This document shows positions 1 to 10,821 of a DNA stretch of 64,000 nucleotides, piece after piece. Every line of letters starts with the position of its first letter. Position 1 is the first letter of the stretch. The translations under genes were made by a program, and so were the position numbers. The notes beneath the pieces are model-generated. The model saw only the letters and a program-made list of their open reading frames with translations, was not told the DNA's origin and made no database searches. The DNA lies in assembly GCA_963845565.1 (NCBI GenBank), contig CAWJSJ010000002.1, positions 192,001 through 256,000 on the forward strand, written 5' to 3'. Source of the DNA: an uncultured Methylomirabilota bacterium (lineage in GTDB: Bacteria; Methylomirabilota; Methylomirabilia; Methylomirabilales; 2-02-FULL-66-22).

Positions 1-34
1 ATCTCCGCTCAACTAATTCTTTGACAACGGCTTA
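1..34. repeat. Family A palindromic (MITE/REP-like) repeat, partial at window edge
   Basis: TCTCCGCTCAACTAATTCTTTGACAACGGCTTA nearly identical to the end of the copy at 44839-44905. Confidence 0.85.
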
Positions 35-236
35 CCGACGGCACGGGGTGACCGTGCTGACGCTACCGTGGAGCACCGGGCGGGGTCAAGCCCAAAGGTG
101 ACGGCGTCCGGTCGGCTGTGCCGCCGATTTCACCTGGGTCCCGCAGCGCCACGGAGAAGGGTCTTTCACCGGGACTGCCAACCTTGTATAACGTTACGGG
201 GCGCCGCCACCGACATTCCACGCAGGAGGTCGTTCC

Positions 237-1463
237 ATGAAGTCTCGGCAGGCCCTCTGCCTCGTCTCGGTCGCACTCACGCTGCTCATTTCGGGTGCAC
301 TTCCCCCGTCGGTCTTTGCGGCCGGTCCCGGGGACGCCCGCAATGTGGAGTTGGTCGGTCGCCTGGATATCGAAGGCGGGGGGATGGTGGATGTCCAGGG
401 TAACCTTGCCGTCATCGGCCACATGGCGCCCCCGCACGCCACCAGCCTCCTGGACGTCTCCGATCCCGCACGTCCCACGCTGCTCGCACGCATCCCCACC
501 ACGCCGGGCACCCATTCCCACAAGGCGCGGCTCTGCGGGAGCGTCCTGATCACGAACCACGAACGGTATGGGGGGTGGGGGCCGGGGAGCCGGGTGGGGC
601 TCGGGTTGTTTGACGTCTCGGACCCTCGGCGGCCGAAGGAAATCGGCTTCCTGGAGATGGGCGGCGCGAACGGCCGGGGGACCGGGGTCCACCGGTTCCA
701 GGCGGATTGCCCCCGGAAGCTGATCTACGCCGGCGCCGGTATCGAGGGCTACCAGGGCAACGTCACGCTGATCGTGGATTTCTCGGACCCGCGGAACCCA
801 CGAGAAGTGTCCCGATGGTGGATGCCCGGCCAGTGGACCGCGGGCGGCGAGAGGTCAGCGGGCGGGGTGAGCTACCGGACCCATCACCCCAACCGGCTGG
901 AAGACCGCCTCTACGTCCCGCTCTGGATGGGGGGCGTGGCCATCGTCGACGTCGCCGACATCGCGAATCCGAAGACGGTGAGCCACCTGAACTATTCTCG
1001 ACCCTCCGGCGCCCCCACCCATACGACCCTGCCTGTCCGGCATCCGATCCTGGGGCGCCGCTGGCTGGTCGTCTTCGACGAGGACCTCGGCAGTGGGTGC
1101 GAGCGACCGGCGGGGATGTGGATGGTGGACATCACCGACGAGACCCGGCCCGTGGTCGCTGCGGAATTCCAGCCTCCACGTCCCGCGCGCTGTGAGGGCC
1201 GCAGCGGCGCTCACCAGCCCCACGAGACAGTCCGCCCCGACAACCTCGTGTACGCTGCCTGGTTTTCCCGCGGCCTCCGGGTCATCGATATCTCGAACCC
1301 CGCCCGCCCCGTCGAGGTGGGCCACTATCTTCCCCGCTTCGCCAAGGGCCGGCTGCCCCTGAGCAACGACGTCTTCGTGGACCACCGGGGACTCATCTAC
1401 CTGATCGACCGCGACAACGGCTTGGACATCCTGCGGTTCACGAGAGGGCGGAGCGGTTCCTGA
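237..1463 (+). CDS. Secreted LVIVD-repeat (beta-propeller) protein
   Basis: Signal peptide; repeated L/IxDVSDP motifs (LLDVSDP, LFDVSDP, IVDFSDP, VIDISNP); AGGAGG RBS. Confidence 0.8.
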   Translation: MKSRQALCLVSVALTLLISGALPPSVFAAGPGDARNVELVGRLDIEGGGMVDVQGNLAVIGHMAPPHATSLLDVSDPARPTLLARIPTTPGTHSHKARLCGSVLITNHERYGGWGPGSRVGLGLFDVSDPRRPKEIGFLEMGGANGRGTGVHRFQADCPRKLIYAGAGIEGYQGNVTLIVDFSDPRNPREVSRWWMPGQWTAGGERSAGGVSYRTHHPNRLEDRLYVPLWMGGVAIVDVADIANPKTVSHLNYSRPSGAPTHTTLPVRHPILGRRWLVVFDEDLGSGCERPAGMWMVDITDETRPVVAAEFQPPRPARCEGRSGAHQPHETVRPDNLVYAAWFSRGLRVIDISNPARPVEVGHYLPRFAKGRLPLSNDVFVDHRGLIYLIDRDNGLDILRFTRGRSGS

Positions 1464-1553
1464 ACAGGGACACACCGAGGAGAGCGGCGCCATCCGGCGC
1501 AGAGACACACCCACGGGAGGGGTTCGGCAGCGAACTGAAAAACCCGTTTCCCC

Positions 1554-1699
1554 CAGGCTGCTCAAAACGGTCCAAATGCCAGGCGGCACGCTGTAGCCCG
1601 AGCGAGGCGTACTGGAGGTACGCCGCAGCGAGTGGCGAGGCGGGCGGGGCACCCAGCCAAAGGCTGGGTCACCGCAGATGGGCCGTTTTCAGCAGCCTG
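1554..1699. repeat. Family B palindromic repeat, copy 1
   Basis: CAGGCTGCTCAAAA...TTTTCAGCAGCCTG terminal IR; central GGCGTAC-N4-GTACGCC hairpin. Confidence 0.9.
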
Positions 1700-3943
1700 T
1701 CAGGGCGCCGTGTCTCGTGGCAACGCCTTTTGAACTATCGCGGCGATCGGATCGTCGGGGGCGCGGCGGACGAATCCTTCCAAGAGGCGACGCGCGATGG
1801 GCAGCGAGCTGCGCAGCAGGTGGTCCCCCGCCGTCCGGCGCAGCAGCGGCGCGTGCGCCGGGTCCGAAAGCACCACGCCCAGCACCCGAGCCGCGCGCTC
1901 CGTCGGAATGACCGCCACCACGCGCACGGCGGTGTCCAGTGCGCCTGGCTTGGTCCCCTTGCTGAGCTGGAGGAACCGCTCCAGCCCGTCAATCGTGGCG
2001 GGGTCCTTGCGGAACGAGAGCTCCTCGAGCGCCTTCTCGGCGGCGCCCGGCTCCAGGGCCGGAAGCGCGTCGGCCAGGGCTGCCATGGCCCCGGGCGCCC
2101 GGCTCTTCACCATGGCGGAAACCGCCGCCTGCTGCACTCGCCCCTCCGGATGTCGGAGCGCACCCTGCATTCTCTGGGGCAGCTCCGGATCGTCCAGATC
2201 GCCCAGGACGGTGCAGGCATCACGCGCCACCGACCACCGCGCGTCACCCAACCGCTGGCGCGCCGCCTCGATCGCGGCCGGCCCGAGCTGCGTCAGCAGG
2301 CGCAGCAGGAGCGGGCGCCTGGGCATCTCCGCCTCCTCCGCCAGACGGCGGAAGGCTTCTTCTCCGCTCGCCGACCCCAGCCATCGCAAGAGCTCCACGG
2401 TCGTCTTGCAGAGTCCGGCGTCACCTCGTTTCTCCAGATAGACGTCGATCAGTCGCGACGCCGCCTCGGGAGGAAGCAGACGCCCCAACGCCGCGCCGCA
2501 ACACGCCTCGTGCCGGCGCGGATCGCGAGCGCGCGAGTGTTCCAGCACCAACCCCGCACGATGAGCCGGATCCAGGTCCCCGGCAGCGGTCGCGATCCGA
2601 ACCACGCCGGCAAGCGCGTCGGCGACCGCCGCGTGGCACTCCGCGGTGAGCTGGTGCTCGTCCAGCAGCTCCGTACCGAACCGGTCGGCGACCTCGAGCA
2701 GGAACGCCAGGGTCGGCGGTTCGGCCATGAGGCGCAGCAGTTGGAGCGCCCTGGGCAGCTCGGCCTGCACGATGGATGACGAAGCATCCAGGAAACGGAA
2801 ATAGTGGCCGGCGACCTCCAGGGCCGGGTCGTACTTCCGCGCCCCGAGGCATTCCTTGACGTAGTCGAGCAAGCTTTGGAATTCTTGGTCGTCGTACTGC
2901 GTCGCCTGGAGGAGCCGCTCGCGCCGCTCACTCTCCGAAAGGCCGCCCCACAGGACGCCGTGCCGAATGCGTTGATACGTTTCGGGAGGTAGGTGTGCCT
3001 CCTCCAGTGTGCGAGCGAGCTTCTCCAGAACGCGGTCCGCCATCTGGGTCATGCTCAAGCCGACCATCATGACTTGGATGGCCTCCCCCTCGGCGACGGC
3101 CGCCGACGGCCCCGGGGGCGCGGCGGCGAGGTGCCTGGAGACCCACGCCACGGTCGCGTCTTCCACCACATTGGCGGCGATATCTTCCGCCGGTCGCCCA
3201 CGCAGTTCGGCTTGCGTGCCGATCGGCAGGGCGGACAGCAGATGCTCGGGAGGCACCTGGCGCAGCAACTGGGCCAGGGCGGCCACCACCTCGCGGGGAT
3301 CGGCCGTCTGCTGCACGAGGGCGGCCTCGGTCGCCTTGCCGGCCAGCGCCAGGATTTCTTTTCCGTCGGGAAGTGCGTCGGAGGAGGCTCGCTCCATCTG
3401 CGCGAAGCGCACCAGGGCATCCAGCCCCGACCCGCCTCCCAGGCCCTGGGAGGTCGGGGGCTTGTCGCCCCGCAAATACGATTCGGCGTCCGTGTCCAGC
3501 ACGGTGTCGCCGCCGTCCTGCTTCTTGACCGGCACCACGCGGACGCGGCCGACGGGATGCTCGGCGAGGAACTTCGCGATGCCCCCCTTGGCTTCGATCT
3601 CTTTCGGCTTCGCGGCCAGGACGCGCAGCGCCTGTTGAAACTCCGCCCGGCTGATCTCCCCCGGGAACGTGATGGCAGCGATGCCGCGCTTGCCGAACTC
3701 CGCTTGGAGCATGCCCAGCAGGGGGTCGTCCGTGAGGAGGTCGTTCAGGAGTACCCGATGATCCGCAAATCCGAAGGTGAACTGCGGCGCGAGCTGCAGC
3801 AGGATTCGGAGGGTGTCATAGGCTTGCTCCACGGCCTTTCCGGCCGCGGGATGGTCCACCGAGTACATGACCACAGCCTTGAAGGCGGTCTGGACGTTGC
3901 GCCCGAACGTCAGCCCCTGCGCTTTGAGTTGTGCCTTGTCCAT
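1700..3943 (-). CDS. HEAT-repeat domain protein
   Basis: Long ORF with C-terminal PBS-lyase/HEAT-like repeats (LGDARWSVARDA, LRHPEGRVQQAA); start placed at MDKAQ. Confidence 0.7.
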   Translation of the reverse strand: MDKAQLKAQGLTFGRNVQTAFKAVVMYSVDHPAAGKAVEQAYDTLRILLQLAPQFTFGFADHRVLLNDLLTDDPLLGMLQAEFGKRGIAAITFPGEISRAEFQQALRVLAAKPKEIEAKGGIAKFLAEHPVGRVRVVPVKKQDGGDTVLDTDAESYLRGDKPPTSQGLGGGSGLDALVRFAQMERASSDALPDGKEILALAGKATEAALVQQTADPREVVAALAQLLRQVPPEHLLSALPIGTQAELRGRPAEDIAANVVEDATVAWVSRHLAAAPPGPSAAVAEGEAIQVMMVGLSMTQMADRVLEKLARTLEEAHLPPETYQRIRHGVLWGGLSESERRERLLQATQYDDQEFQSLLDYVKECLGARKYDPALEVAGHYFRFLDASSSIVQAELPRALQLLRLMAEPPTLAFLLEVADRFGTELLDEHQLTAECHAAVADALAGVVRIATAAGDLDPAHRAGLVLEHSRARDPRRHEACCGAALGRLLPPEAASRLIDVYLEKRGDAGLCKTTVELLRWLGSASGEEAFRRLAEEAEMPRRPLLLRLLTQLGPAAIEAARQRLGDARWSVARDACTVLGDLDDPELPQRMQGALRHPEGRVQQAAVSAMVKSRAPGAMAALADALPALEPGAAEKALEELSFRKDPATIDGLERFLQLSKGTKPGALDTAVRVVAVIPTERAARVLGVVLSDPAHAPLLRRTAGDHLLRSSLPIARRLLEGFVRRAPDDPIAAIVQKALPRDTAP

Positions 3944-4163
3944 AGGGTCAACGAAGAGAGGGGTTGCCTGGGGTGCCCGGCCGCCGCACGGTGGGCGGTT
4001 CACGGCTGCGCCCGAAGGTATCGCCGAGGGGAATGCGAAGTCAAGGGGAAAGGCCGCACTCACTTCGCGTCGCGGGACGCATCCGAACGACGCCTCGCGC
4101 ACCCGCTGCGCCGACCAGATTCCCCGCGGGCAGGACATGACGATGCTAATAGATCGCTTCTCT

Positions 4164-4288
4164 CAGGCTGCTCAAGAAGGCTCAGATGCAAGGCGGCGAG
4201 CGTAAAGCCGAGTGAGGCGTACTCCAGGTACGCCGCAACGAGCGCTTAAGCGCGCCAACGCAGCAGATGGGCCGTTTTCAGCAGCCTG
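4164..4288. repeat. Family B palindromic repeat, copy 2
   Basis: Same terminal IR and central GGCGTAC/GTACGCC hairpin. Confidence 0.9.
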
Positions 4289-5641
4289 CTAGAGGCCGTA
4301 CACTCGCTTGAGCTGCTCCACACCCCAATCCACCGCCGCCTTGGCGTCGCCGGACTGGACGGCCCGGGCGAAGACGTCCACCACGATGTACTTGGACCAG
4401 GACATGGAGGCCTTCTCGGTCGGCGGCCCGGGGTAGCCGATCGGGACGCCGTACCTGGGTTCCTCTCGGAACACCGTCACCTTGGGATCCTTGAACCACA
4501 TCGGATCGTCGGCCAGGCGCTTCACGTGCTGGAGATGATACCCCTCCTGCAGCCGCCACCAGGTATCGTACTGCTCGTCCTGAAACCACCACTTCAGGAA
4601 CTCTCTCGCCGCGGGGACATTCTGGGAATTCTTAAGGATCCCCATCGTGCGCGTCCCGAGCTGGTAAAAGCGGCCGGCCGGCCCCTTGGGGATGTGCATG
4701 TGCTGCATGTCCGCCGCGATCTCGGGCCGGTCCTTCTTGGCCGCGACGTAGATACTCGAGCCGTTCAGCGTGCAGGCAACCTGGCCGGAGAGGAACGAGC
4801 GGTTGTTGTTGCTGTCGTCCCAGGACGTGCCCGTGGTGTCGTATCCATCCTTCCAGGCCTGGATGAACTTTCGCAGGGCCTCAACGAACTCCGGCTTGTT
4901 GAACTGGATCACCCTGCCGTCCGCGTCGGTCTCGGCCGCCCCGTAGGACCACATATAGGGATAGCAGAACGACGGCGGGTCCCCGGTGCTGTGGCCGAGG
5001 GCCTGACCGAAGGGGCGCCCCTTCTCCTTGCACTTCTTGGCCAGTGCGTGGAACTCGTCCCAGGTCAGGTCCAGCTTGGCGCCGTCCTCGGCGTTCGCAA
5101 CCCCAGCCTCCTTGAACCAGCCGATCCGGTAATTCATGGCGATATTGGTGCTGCCGTGCGGTATGCCGTACCAACGGCCGCCGACATTTCCGGACTTCAG
5201 AACGTACTCCTCGAAACCTCCGCCTCGTCGCCCAACTTCCTCGGCGTCCTCGGTGATGTCGACCAGGTTGTCCTTGTACAGATAGTTGGCCGCCGGCCAC
5301 AGCTCCGCGACGTCCACCCCGCCGGCATGGATCGCGGCGGAGATCTTGGGCTGCACGTTCGCCCAGCTCAGGAAGTCGGTGACGACCGTCACGCCGGCCA
5401 GCTTGCCCCATTCCTGGGCCTGCTTCCGGAAGAGATCCTGGGCCGCGGCCACGAAGTAGGTGCCCTTCAGGATGGCCAGCTTGGTTCCCTTGAGGTGGGT
5501 GGGCGCCTGGCCGAAGGCCTTCCCGGCCAGAGATCCAAGCCCGCTGAGGCCCAGCCCCGCGGCGGCGCCCGCCTTGAGAACCGTTCGGCGGCTCACTGAG
5601 GGATTCCACCGCCCACCGTGACCCTGACGCGTTCGAGTCAT
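4289..5641 (-). CDS. Tat-exported ABC transporter solute-binding protein (sugar-binding family 1-like)
   Basis: SRRTVLK twin-arginine signal; SBP motifs (SWDDSNNN, NGSSIY); GAGGAGG RBS. Confidence 0.85.
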   Translation of the reverse strand: MTRTRQGHGGRWNPSVSRRTVLKAGAAAGLGLSGLGSLAGKAFGQAPTHLKGTKLAILKGTYFVAAAQDLFRKQAQEWGKLAGVTVVTDFLSWANVQPKISAAIHAGGVDVAELWPAANYLYKDNLVDITEDAEEVGRRGGGFEEYVLKSGNVGGRWYGIPHGSTNIAMNYRIGWFKEAGVANAEDGAKLDLTWDEFHALAKKCKEKGRPFGQALGHSTGDPPSFCYPYMWSYGAAETDADGRVIQFNKPEFVEALRKFIQAWKDGYDTTGTSWDDSNNNRSFLSGQVACTLNGSSIYVAAKKDRPEIAADMQHMHIPKGPAGRFYQLGTRTMGILKNSQNVPAAREFLKWWFQDEQYDTWWRLQEGYHLQHVKRLADDPMWFKDPKVTVFREEPRYGVPIGYPGPPTEKASMSWSKYIVVDVFARAVQSGDAKAAVDWGVEQLKRVYGL

Positions 5642-5716
5642 GATCGCCCTCCTCTCGCGGCCTTCTGTGCGGGGTGTGTGCTCGGGGAGTCCCGGCGCGT
5701 GGAACCCGCCCGCCCC

Positions 5717-5820
5717 TAAGCCGTTGTCAAAGAATAACTTGACTGGAATATTCCCGTAACGGCATAAGGAGCCGTCAACGAAATAAAGAAATGGACAAGT
5801 CATTTCGTAACGGCTCCTAA
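5717..5820. repeat. Family A repeat, full copy
   Basis: TAA-GCCGTT..AACGGC-ATAA-GGAGCCGT..CGAAAT...ATTTCGTAACGGCTCC-TAA. Confidence 0.9.
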
Positions 5821-7483
5821 GACGGCTCGACGCCGCGTTCGTTGAGCAGCTTCACGCCGAGCTCCCGGAGTTTGTATTTCTGGATCTTGCCGCTCGCGGT
5901 CATCGGGTAGGCATCCACGAAGAACACGTGTCGCGGCACCTTGAAGTTCGCGATCTTGCCCCGGCAGAAGTCCTGCACGTCCTCCTCGGTGATGGTGGCG
6001 CCGTCCTTCCTGATGACGAAGGCGCCCACCTCTTCCCCGTACTTGGGGCTGGCGATCCCGGCCACCTGGATGTCCCGGACGCCCTCCATGCGAAGGAGGA
6101 ACTCCTCGATCTCGCGCGGGGAGATGTTCTCACCGCCGCGGATGATCATGTCCTTGATCCGACCCGTGATCTTGAAGTAGCCGTTCTCGTCCATCGTGCC
6201 GAGGTCGCCGGAGTGCAGCCAGCCCGTCGCGCGTCGATGGCCTGCGCGGTCGCCTCGGGCATCTCGTAATAGCCCTTCATCACGTTGTAGCCCCGGCAGA
6301 CCACCTCCCCCTGCGTCCCGGCGGCACCTCGGTGTTTGTCTCGGGATTCACGATCCGCACCTCGATCCCCGGCAGGCGCTGCCCGACGGTGGAGACGCGC
6401 AGCTCGATAGGGTCGTCGGTGGAGGTCTGCGTCATGACCGGCGAGCCCTCGGTGAGGCCGTAGGCGATGGTGATGTCGCGGCACTTCATGTCCGCGATCA
6501 CCCGCTTCATGATCTCCATCGGGCAGGGCGAGCCCGCCATGATGCCGGTGCGGAGTGAGGTACAGGTCGAACATCGCGAACATGGGATGGTTCAGCTCCG
6601 CGATGAACATCGTCGGCACGCCGTAGAGCGCCGTGCACTTCTCCTTCTGGACCGAGGCCAGGACGAGGAGCGGATCGAAGCTCTCCACGATCACCGCCGT
6701 GGCCCCGTGCGTGACGATGGCCATGATGCCCCAGCACCAGGCCGAAGCAGTGAAACAGCGGGCACCGGCAGGCAGAGCGCGCGTCGGCCTCGGTGAACTT
6801 CTGCCGTTCGCCGATGTGGAAACCGTTGTTGAGGATGTTGTGGTGGGTGAGCATCACCCCCTTGGGGAAGCCCGTCGTCCCCGAGGTGTACTGCATGTTG
6901 ATCACGTCGTGGCAGGTCAGGCCCGCCGAGACGCCCTCGCCAGCGCCTCGTCGCTGCGCGTGGGCGCCGAGGAGGAGCAGCTCCTGGGTGTTGTACATCC
7001 CCCGGTGCTTCTCCGGCCCGATGAAGATCACGCTCTCGCAGCCGCGGGAAGCGCGCGCGATCTGGAGCCGGCCCCGCTCGCAGGACTTCAGCTCGGGCAC
7101 CAGCTCGTTGACCATGGCCACGTAGTCGCTGTCGCGGAAGCCGTCGATCAGGCACAGGGCCCGGATGTCCGACTGCTTCACCAGGTACTCCAGCTCGTGA
7201 CGTCCGGTAGGCGGTGTTCACCGTCACGGACGACGACCCCGATCTTGGCGGTGGCAAAGAGCAGCGTGAGCCAGTCGGGGACGTTGGTGGCCCAGATACC
7301 GAGGTGGTCGCCCTTGCCGAGGCCGATGGCCAACAGACCCTTGGCGAGCGCGTTCACTCGGCGATCGAACTCCGCGTAGGTGAAGCGCAGGTTCCGATCG
7401 GGATAGACCATGAACTCCTTGTCGGGATGGCGGGCAACCTGCGCTTCCAGCACCCGACCGAGGGTATCGGTAATGTAGTCCAT
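5817..7483 (-). CDS. AMP-binding acyl-CoA synthetase, multiply frameshifted
   Basis: [32 protein letters not shown] and TASGKIQK motifs spread across several frames. Confidence 0.85.
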
Positions 7484-7500
7484 GCGGGCTCCTTCCGGGA

Positions 7501-8077
7501 TCACGACGGGGCGTACACGACCGCCAGGATCTGGGCGGGCCGGTCCCCGGCGCTATGTACGCTGTGGGCAACGATGCTGTCGTAGTAGATCGAGTCGCCG
7601 GTGGCAAGCCGGTAGGTCTCGGTGCCGTAGGTGATCTCGACCTCGCCGGAGAACACGTAGATGAATTCCTCGCCCTCGTGGGCCGACGGCGTCACCTCTT
7701 GGGCCGAGGAGGGAAAGATGTCGATCAGGAACGGCTCCATGTGGCGACCCGCCTTGTTGGCCGCCAGAGAAAAGAAGTCCAGGTCGCTCGACCCCGGGTG
7801 CTTCTTGTCCGACACGTACATCACCTTGCGCTTCTCCCCCGACCGGACGACCACGGGCCCCACATTCTCCTGGTCGTCGAGGAAGGTCCCGAGCCGCACG
7901 CCCGAGGGCCCGGGCGATGCGAATCAGGGGCCCCAGCGACGGAATCAGCGCGCCCGATTCGATCTGGCCGATGACCACCGCCTTCAGGTCGGCGCGGTCC
8001 GCCAACTGCTCAACGCTCAGGCCCCGCGACTCGCGTACCGCCTGCAGCTTCCAGCCGATCGTGTTCTTGTCCGCCAT
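7501..8077 (-). CDS. XRE-family HTH/cupin transcriptional regulator (one frameshift near 7900)
   Basis: N-terminal HTH in one frame, cupin HEGEEFIYV...GDSIYYDS in another. Confidence 0.85.
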
Positions 8078-8250
8078 GCGTCACCTCGCCGCCATCCGTG
8101 GTTGGCCGGCCCGGTCCCGCCCATCGGGCCGGGCCCGCGACACGGATTGTGCACATTTTTTCGATCCGTTCAAGGAGAAGTCCCGCAATGTCGTGAGAGT
8201 ATCCCAGGCGCCACGCTCCAGGTCAACGTGGCAGAGCCAAGCGCATCTCC

Positions 8251-8279
8251 TTGACACCCATTTCGTACGCTGATAGTTT
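8251..8279 (+). promoter_or_regulatory. Putative sigma70 promoter upstream of leuB-like gene
   Basis: TTGACA-N17-TAGTTT. Confidence 0.45.
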
Positions 8280-8365
8280 GCCTCGCGTTTCTTGGAGCCG
8301 GAGCAGGGATGCCTGTGACATGCGTGCCACCTGACGGTTCGGACAGCAAGGGAGGGGATGCGACC

Positions 8366-9436
8366 ATGGCCAAGAAGAGCTACAAGATTGCGGTGGTCCC
8401 CGGCGACGGCACCGGACCCGAGGTGATCCGGGAGGCCCTGAAAGTCCTCAACGCCGCCGAGAGGCGATTCGGCTTCTCGCTGGCCTTGACGAACTACGAT
8501 CTCGGCGCGGAGCGGTATCTGCGGACCGGCGAGATCCTGCCGGCCTCGGTCCTCCAGGAGCTGCGCGGTTTCGACGGAATCCTTTTGGGCGCCATCGGGC
8601 ACCCCGACATCACGCCCGGCCTGCTGGAGAAGGGGATCTTGCTGCAGATGCGGTTCGACCTGGACCTGTACATCAACCTGCGTCCGGTGAAACTGTTCCC
8701 GGGCGTCGAGTGTCCGCTGAAAGACAAGGGACCGGAGCACATCGACTACGTCGTCGTGCGCGAGAACACCGGCGACGTCTATACCGGCGCGGGCGGGGCG
8801 ATGATGAAGGGCACCCCCCATGAGGTCGCCACACAGATCTCGCTCTACAGCCGGCACCAGGTGGATCGGTGCCTCAAGTACGCCTTCGAATACGCACGCC
8901 GGCGCAATAGGCGCAAGACGCTGGCGCTGTGCGGGAAGACCAACGTCCTGACCTACGTGTACGAGATGTGGGAGCGGGCCTTCCACGAGATGGGGGGCCG
9001 GGATTACCCGGACATCAAACGCGAGTATTACCATGTGGACGCCATCTGCATGTGGATGATCAAGAACCCCGAGTGGTTCGACGTGATCGTCACCGGCAAC
9101 ATGTTCGGCGACATCATCACCGACCTCGCCGCCATCACCCAGGGCGGCCTGGGGATCGCCGCCAGCGGCAACATCAACCCCGAGGGGGTCAGCATGTTCG
9201 AGCCGATGGGCGGCTCCGCACCCAAGTACGCCGGGAAGAACGTCATCAATCCGCTGGCGGCCATCTGCGCGGGCGGGATGATGCTGGACACCCTGGGCGA
9301 GTCCGCCGCCGCCAAGGCCGTCGAGGACGCCGTGATGTGGACCACGGCGAACAAGGTTCGAAACCTCGCCGCGGGCCAGATGGGCTACACCACCACCGAG
9401 GTCGGCGACCTGGTGGCCACCCGGGTGGCCGGATAG
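8366..9436 (+). CDS. leuB: 3-isopropylmalate dehydrogenase (isocitrate/isopropylmalate dehydrogenase family)
   Basis: PGDGTGPEV, NLRPVK, VRENT, GNMFGDIITD, EPMGGSAP motifs. Confidence 0.8.
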   Translation: MAKKSYKIAVVPGDGTGPEVIREALKVLNAAERRFGFSLALTNYDLGAERYLRTGEILPASVLQELRGFDGILLGAIGHPDITPGLLEKGILLQMRFDLDLYINLRPVKLFPGVECPLKDKGPEHIDYVVVRENTGDVYTGAGGAMMKGTPHEVATQISLYSRHQVDRCLKYAFEYARRRNRRKTLALCGKTNVLTYVYEMWERAFHEMGGRDYPDIKREYYHVDAICMWMIKNPEWFDVIVTGNMFGDIITDLAAITQGGLGIAASGNINPEGVSMFEPMGGSAPKYAGKNVINPLAAICAGGMMLDTLGESAAAKAVEDAVMWTTANKVRNLAAGQMGYTTTEVGDLVATRVAG

Positions 9437-9601
9437 CATTCCTCCTGAAAAAGGCCCACCTGCGGTGACCCAGCCTTCGGCTGGGTACCCCGCTCGCCTT
9501 GGCACTCGCTGCGACGTACCTCCAGTACGCCTGGACCCAGCGGACTGGGTACCCCGGCTTGCGGCAAACCGCCTTGCGTCTGGGCCTTTTTGAGGAGGCT
9601 G
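9437..9601. repeat. Family B palindromic repeat, copy 3 (diverged ends)
   Basis: CTCCTGAAAAAGGCCCA...TGGGCCTTTTTGAGGAG; CGTACCTCCAGTACG core; two ACCCAG..CTGGGT sub-hairpins. Confidence 0.85.
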
Positions 9602-9813
9602 GGCGAGAGAGGATATACAGCGGTCTGCCGCGGATCACATACCCGTCAAGCCAAGGCAATCGTTCTCGCGCCCCCGGAGGCAGTCCTCCGGGGGCGTTGC
9701 GTTTTCAGCCTACCCCGTGGTCCCCCCATAGTTCCGTCCGTCCGTTGCATGCCGGCGAGCCGGACTGCTCCGAAACCGGACGCGCGATCCCCCCAGGGCC
9801 CCTTTTCCTTCCG

Positions 9814-9841
9814 GGAACTCTTTCCGTACGGTCTGGTCTAA
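9814..9841 (+). promoter_or_regulatory. Putative ECF (RpoE-like) sigma promoter
   Basis: GGAACT-N16-GTCTAA ending 43 nt before the ATG at 9885. Confidence 0.55.
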
Positions 9842-9884
9842 CGGAGCATGAGTCCCGAAACTCCCACTCACCAAGGAGGGATCT

Positions 9885-10641
9885 ATGCGACGCGTATTCC
9901 TGGCGGTGTTGCTCCTGGGGATGGCCGGCGCGGCTGGGCGGAAGCACCGGAAGGGCGGTGGATGTGCAGATCCGGTCGGATAGCGGGCGGATCCTCCCGC
10001 TCTACCCGGTGGCGACGCCGTCCGCAAACCGGAGAGTGTACGTCGAGGCGGTCAAGGGCGACCACTACGGCATTCTCGTCCGGAACCTTCTGAATCGGCG
10101 CGTCGGCGTGGTGATCGCGGTGGACGGTCGGAACATCATCTCGGGCCAGAAGTCGTGGCTTCGAAACACCGAGCGGATGTACATCCTGGAACCGTACGGA
10201 CAGGGAGAATTCAAGGGGTGGCGCACCAACCTCGACAGCATCAACCGCTTCTACTTCACGGACGCCGCTGATTCGTACGCCGCCGCCTTTCACGACGAAT
10301 CGGCAATGGGGGTGATCGCCGTGGCGGTCTATCCGGAGGTCCCACGCCACGATCCCGCAGATCTTTCGCGGTCATCGATGGGTTCGGCCCGTCGCGACGC
10401 ACCCGCGGCGAAGTCCGAAGCAGAGAGCGCCGGCACGGGGTTCGGCAGGCAGGAGCACTCGCCGGCGCGCGTGGTGGCGTTCGAGCCGGAGGCCGCGGCC
10501 GCGGAGAAGATCTACCTCAAGTACGAGTGGCGCGCCGCCCTCTGTCGCCAGGGCATCCTGCGCTGCGGCGCGAACCCGCCTCCGCGAAACCGCCTGTGGG
10601 ACGACGACGGTTTCGCACCTCCTCCGCCGCGCAGGTCCTGA
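9885..10641 (+). CDS. Secreted hypothetical protein (frameshift in signal-peptide region)
   Basis: AAGGAGGG RBS and MRRVFLAVLLLGMAGA signal out of frame with the body (VIAVDGRNIISG...GVIAVAVY...GTGFG). Confidence 0.65.
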
Positions 10642-10762
10642 CGACCGTGGTCAGCGGCGAGTGGGGTCGGCGACGCGCGCACCGCCACACACGGGGACTG
10701 GCAGGCTCGACCGAATGACAGGCCAGACACGTGAAATCCATGACGGCACCCCGAGAGGTAGC

Positions 10763-10795
10763 AAAACGGCGCCTGACCCATGGGCCAGGCGCCGT
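10763..10795 (-). terminator. Intrinsic terminator downstream of acyl-CoA ligase
   Basis: ACGGCGCCTG/CAGGCGCCGT stem followed by TTTT on the minus strand. Confidence 0.6.
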
Positions 10796-10821
10796 CTAGA
10801 GTCCTTCGAAACAGCGTGCGG

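Noticed and set aside
1700..3943. HEAT-repeat gene as an anti-phage system
   Set aside because: No NTPase, nuclease or other defence partner nearby
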